Shown here: positions 62,188 through 64,000 of the stretch, piece by piece | Numbering within the stretch: position 1 is the first letter of the stretch | Layout: each line of letters starts with the position of its first letter | From: Epiperipatus broadwayi | Lineage: Eukaryota > Animalia > Onychophora | Direction: 5' to 3' | DNA length: 64,000 nucleotides | NCBI GenBank assembly: GCA_028023455.1 | Contig: JAQFVV010000006.1 | Location: 4,340,001-4,404,000, forward strand | The notes under the pieces: model-generated | The model's input: only the letters and a program-made list of their open reading frames with translations | Told to the model about the DNA's origin: nothing | Databases searched by the model: none | Program-made: the position numbers and the translations under genes

Positions 62188-62993
62188 TAAGAGTACCAAA
62201 CTCTCCATACAGTAGTGCCGCCTAGTGCAAGTCTTCATAATCAATGGATGCAGAAAGGTTTGTGCATAAAATCCCTATCTAGTGCCTACTCATCCAACAT
62301 CCCAGAATTATTCCTAGCTTGTGATTTTCATCAAGGAGGAACTTTGGATTTGAGGTCACTGCACCCAGATTTTACGTTCTAATGCAACTCTCCAGAAACC
62401 ATCTTTTCTCTATTTGGTTAACTATAAAGGTAGGAGCCCAAGATGAAAACACCATTATAATGTTTCCAACCTAAGCTCATTTGCTTGTATAGTTATAGAT
62501 CTGAATTCAGTTCAGCATCTATACCTTTTGGTGGCTTTGGTTTTTCAAAAACCACAGTAACCATTATCCTATGGGCAGGATATGTTTTGATGGTTTTACA
62601 TCTATCCTGCCCTTAGGATAATGGTGATTGTGATTTTGGAAAAAACAGACACTAAAATGTATAGATGCTGAACTGAGTTTAGATCTATATGATTATACAG
62701 GTGAATGATCTTGGGTTGGAAACATTGTGGTGTTTTCATCTTGGAGTTCATAACTTTATAGTTAACCAAATAGATAAAAGGTGGCTGCTGGAAGGTTGTA
62801 TTAGACTAAGATCTGGGTGCAGTGCTCTCAAATCAAAGGTTCTTCATTGATGAAAGCCACAAGCTAGAAATTGGTCTGGGAGTGTTGGATGAGTAGGCAG
62901 TAGGTAGGGATTTTATGCATATATTATCTGCATCCATTGATTATGAAAGCTTGCATTTGGTGGCACCACTGTATATTGAGTTTGGTACTCTTA
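62188..62993. repeat. ~806 bp palindrome of two complete family A units (A+B) joined at their B-segment starts; centre 62583-62602
   Basis: taagagtaccaaactc / gagtttggtactctta at the ends; gggcaggata / tatcctgccc flank the centre. Arms are imperfect; HHR cores mutated (62847-62881). Confidence 0.88.
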
Positions 62994-63229
62994 TCATAAA
63001 ATATATTTGCTTTTCATTAGAATGTAGAAAATTTACACTTCTTTAGATTACAAGTGGTATGAGATACTGCTAAATCAGAAAAGGACAATTCAAATTAATA
63101 TGATTTTTATGAATACGTATTTAGGAAATTACTGAGATGGACACCTGTTTAATTAAAGAAATAATATTAAATTGAGCCATTTGAAAATTTAACCCAATCC
63201 TACATACCACATATAGCCATTGTTTAAAC

Positions 63230-63440
63230 TGAAATAGAGCATGCCTGTACACATTGCTAAAAGAGTTGACAGAAAGATAACTGAAGTTCTTAAACTAGAT
63301 TCCTAAAGATTGTGAGAAATCTAGAAATATATCACCTAAGTCTCTGGATAAGGAATTGCCAGTAAAAGAAGATAGGGATTAGTGAAATTGGATTAAACTC
63401 AAAGAGGCCCTCTTAAAGTGGGGAGACAAATGGTTAAAAA
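63230..63440 (+). mobile_element. RTE LINE 3' coding fragment
   Basis: cacattgctaaaagagttgacagaaagataactgaagttcttaaactagattcctaaagattgtgag parallels 50745-50820. Confidence 0.55.
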
Positions 63441-64000
63441 TAATAATTGGTAAATATAAATTAAAATATAAATAACAAATGTAAAAGTGGAACTAGGACT
63501 TAGTAAGGTAAAAGTGAAATTTTGTGTAAATATATTAAGTAGATAATTGAATAGTTTTATCAGAACTGGAATCAATTTAAACCACTTAAGCTCCAGAGTC
63601 TTGACAGTTTACTACTGTACTAAACCAAACAGAGACAATAATTAAATGACTTTATTGCTCAGATGATTATAAGAAGGTTGAGCATCAGAAGATCTAGAAC
63701 TGGAATGGATCTCACACTCTACCATAGCACCAGGTCATGTAAATTAATTTTAAAAAAAAGAGGAACACTACCAGAAGAGATGTAAATAAAATATAAATGT
63801 AATTTTGTGAGAGCAGAGAAGCTTGGAGAAAGGAATGTGAGTAATACCTGAGAATGCTATAAAACGTCTTCTTTATCTGTAATCATTTTTCATTTCATGT
63901 AGTCTTAATAAAAAGAAAGCAAAGCCAAAGCTTTTACGCAAAGATGAAAAAGAAGACTGTAATTAATAAACCAATGACCCATCTATGGCAGGGGTGGACA

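Overview
Strongly AT-rich animal (probably arthropod-like invertebrate) genomic DNA, almost all intronic. Two spliced genes sit head-to-head with start codons 339 bp apart. MAPKAPK5/MK5 is on the minus strand (4 coding exons found: 29946-29917, 18444-18371, 10919-10746, 5700-5592; the rest lies left of the window). USP30 is on the plus strand (30286-30391 and 60091-60264, separated by a ~29.7 kb intron; the rest lies to the right). All junctions are GT-AG and phase-compatible. The introns hold decayed retroelements (several RTE-type LINEs, a 5'-truncated L1/Tx1-type LINE with a 16-bp TSD, Gypsy-type relics, a tRNA-Gly-derived SINE). The main unexplained signal is at least three distinct families of short non-coding repeats that each carry a type I hammerhead ribozyme (HHR) motif. 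Family A has a ~454 bp unit and family C a ~442 bp unit. Family D resembles a Penelope terminal repeat. One further element joins a tRNA-like head to an HHR. These repeats occur as head-to-tail tandems, inverted pairs and long palindromes, two with 13-bp TSDs, and their HHR stems show compensatory changes. This fits retrozyme-like or non-autonomous Penelope-like elements. All folds were read by eye; no database search, folding program or activity assay was run, so novelty and activity are untested.
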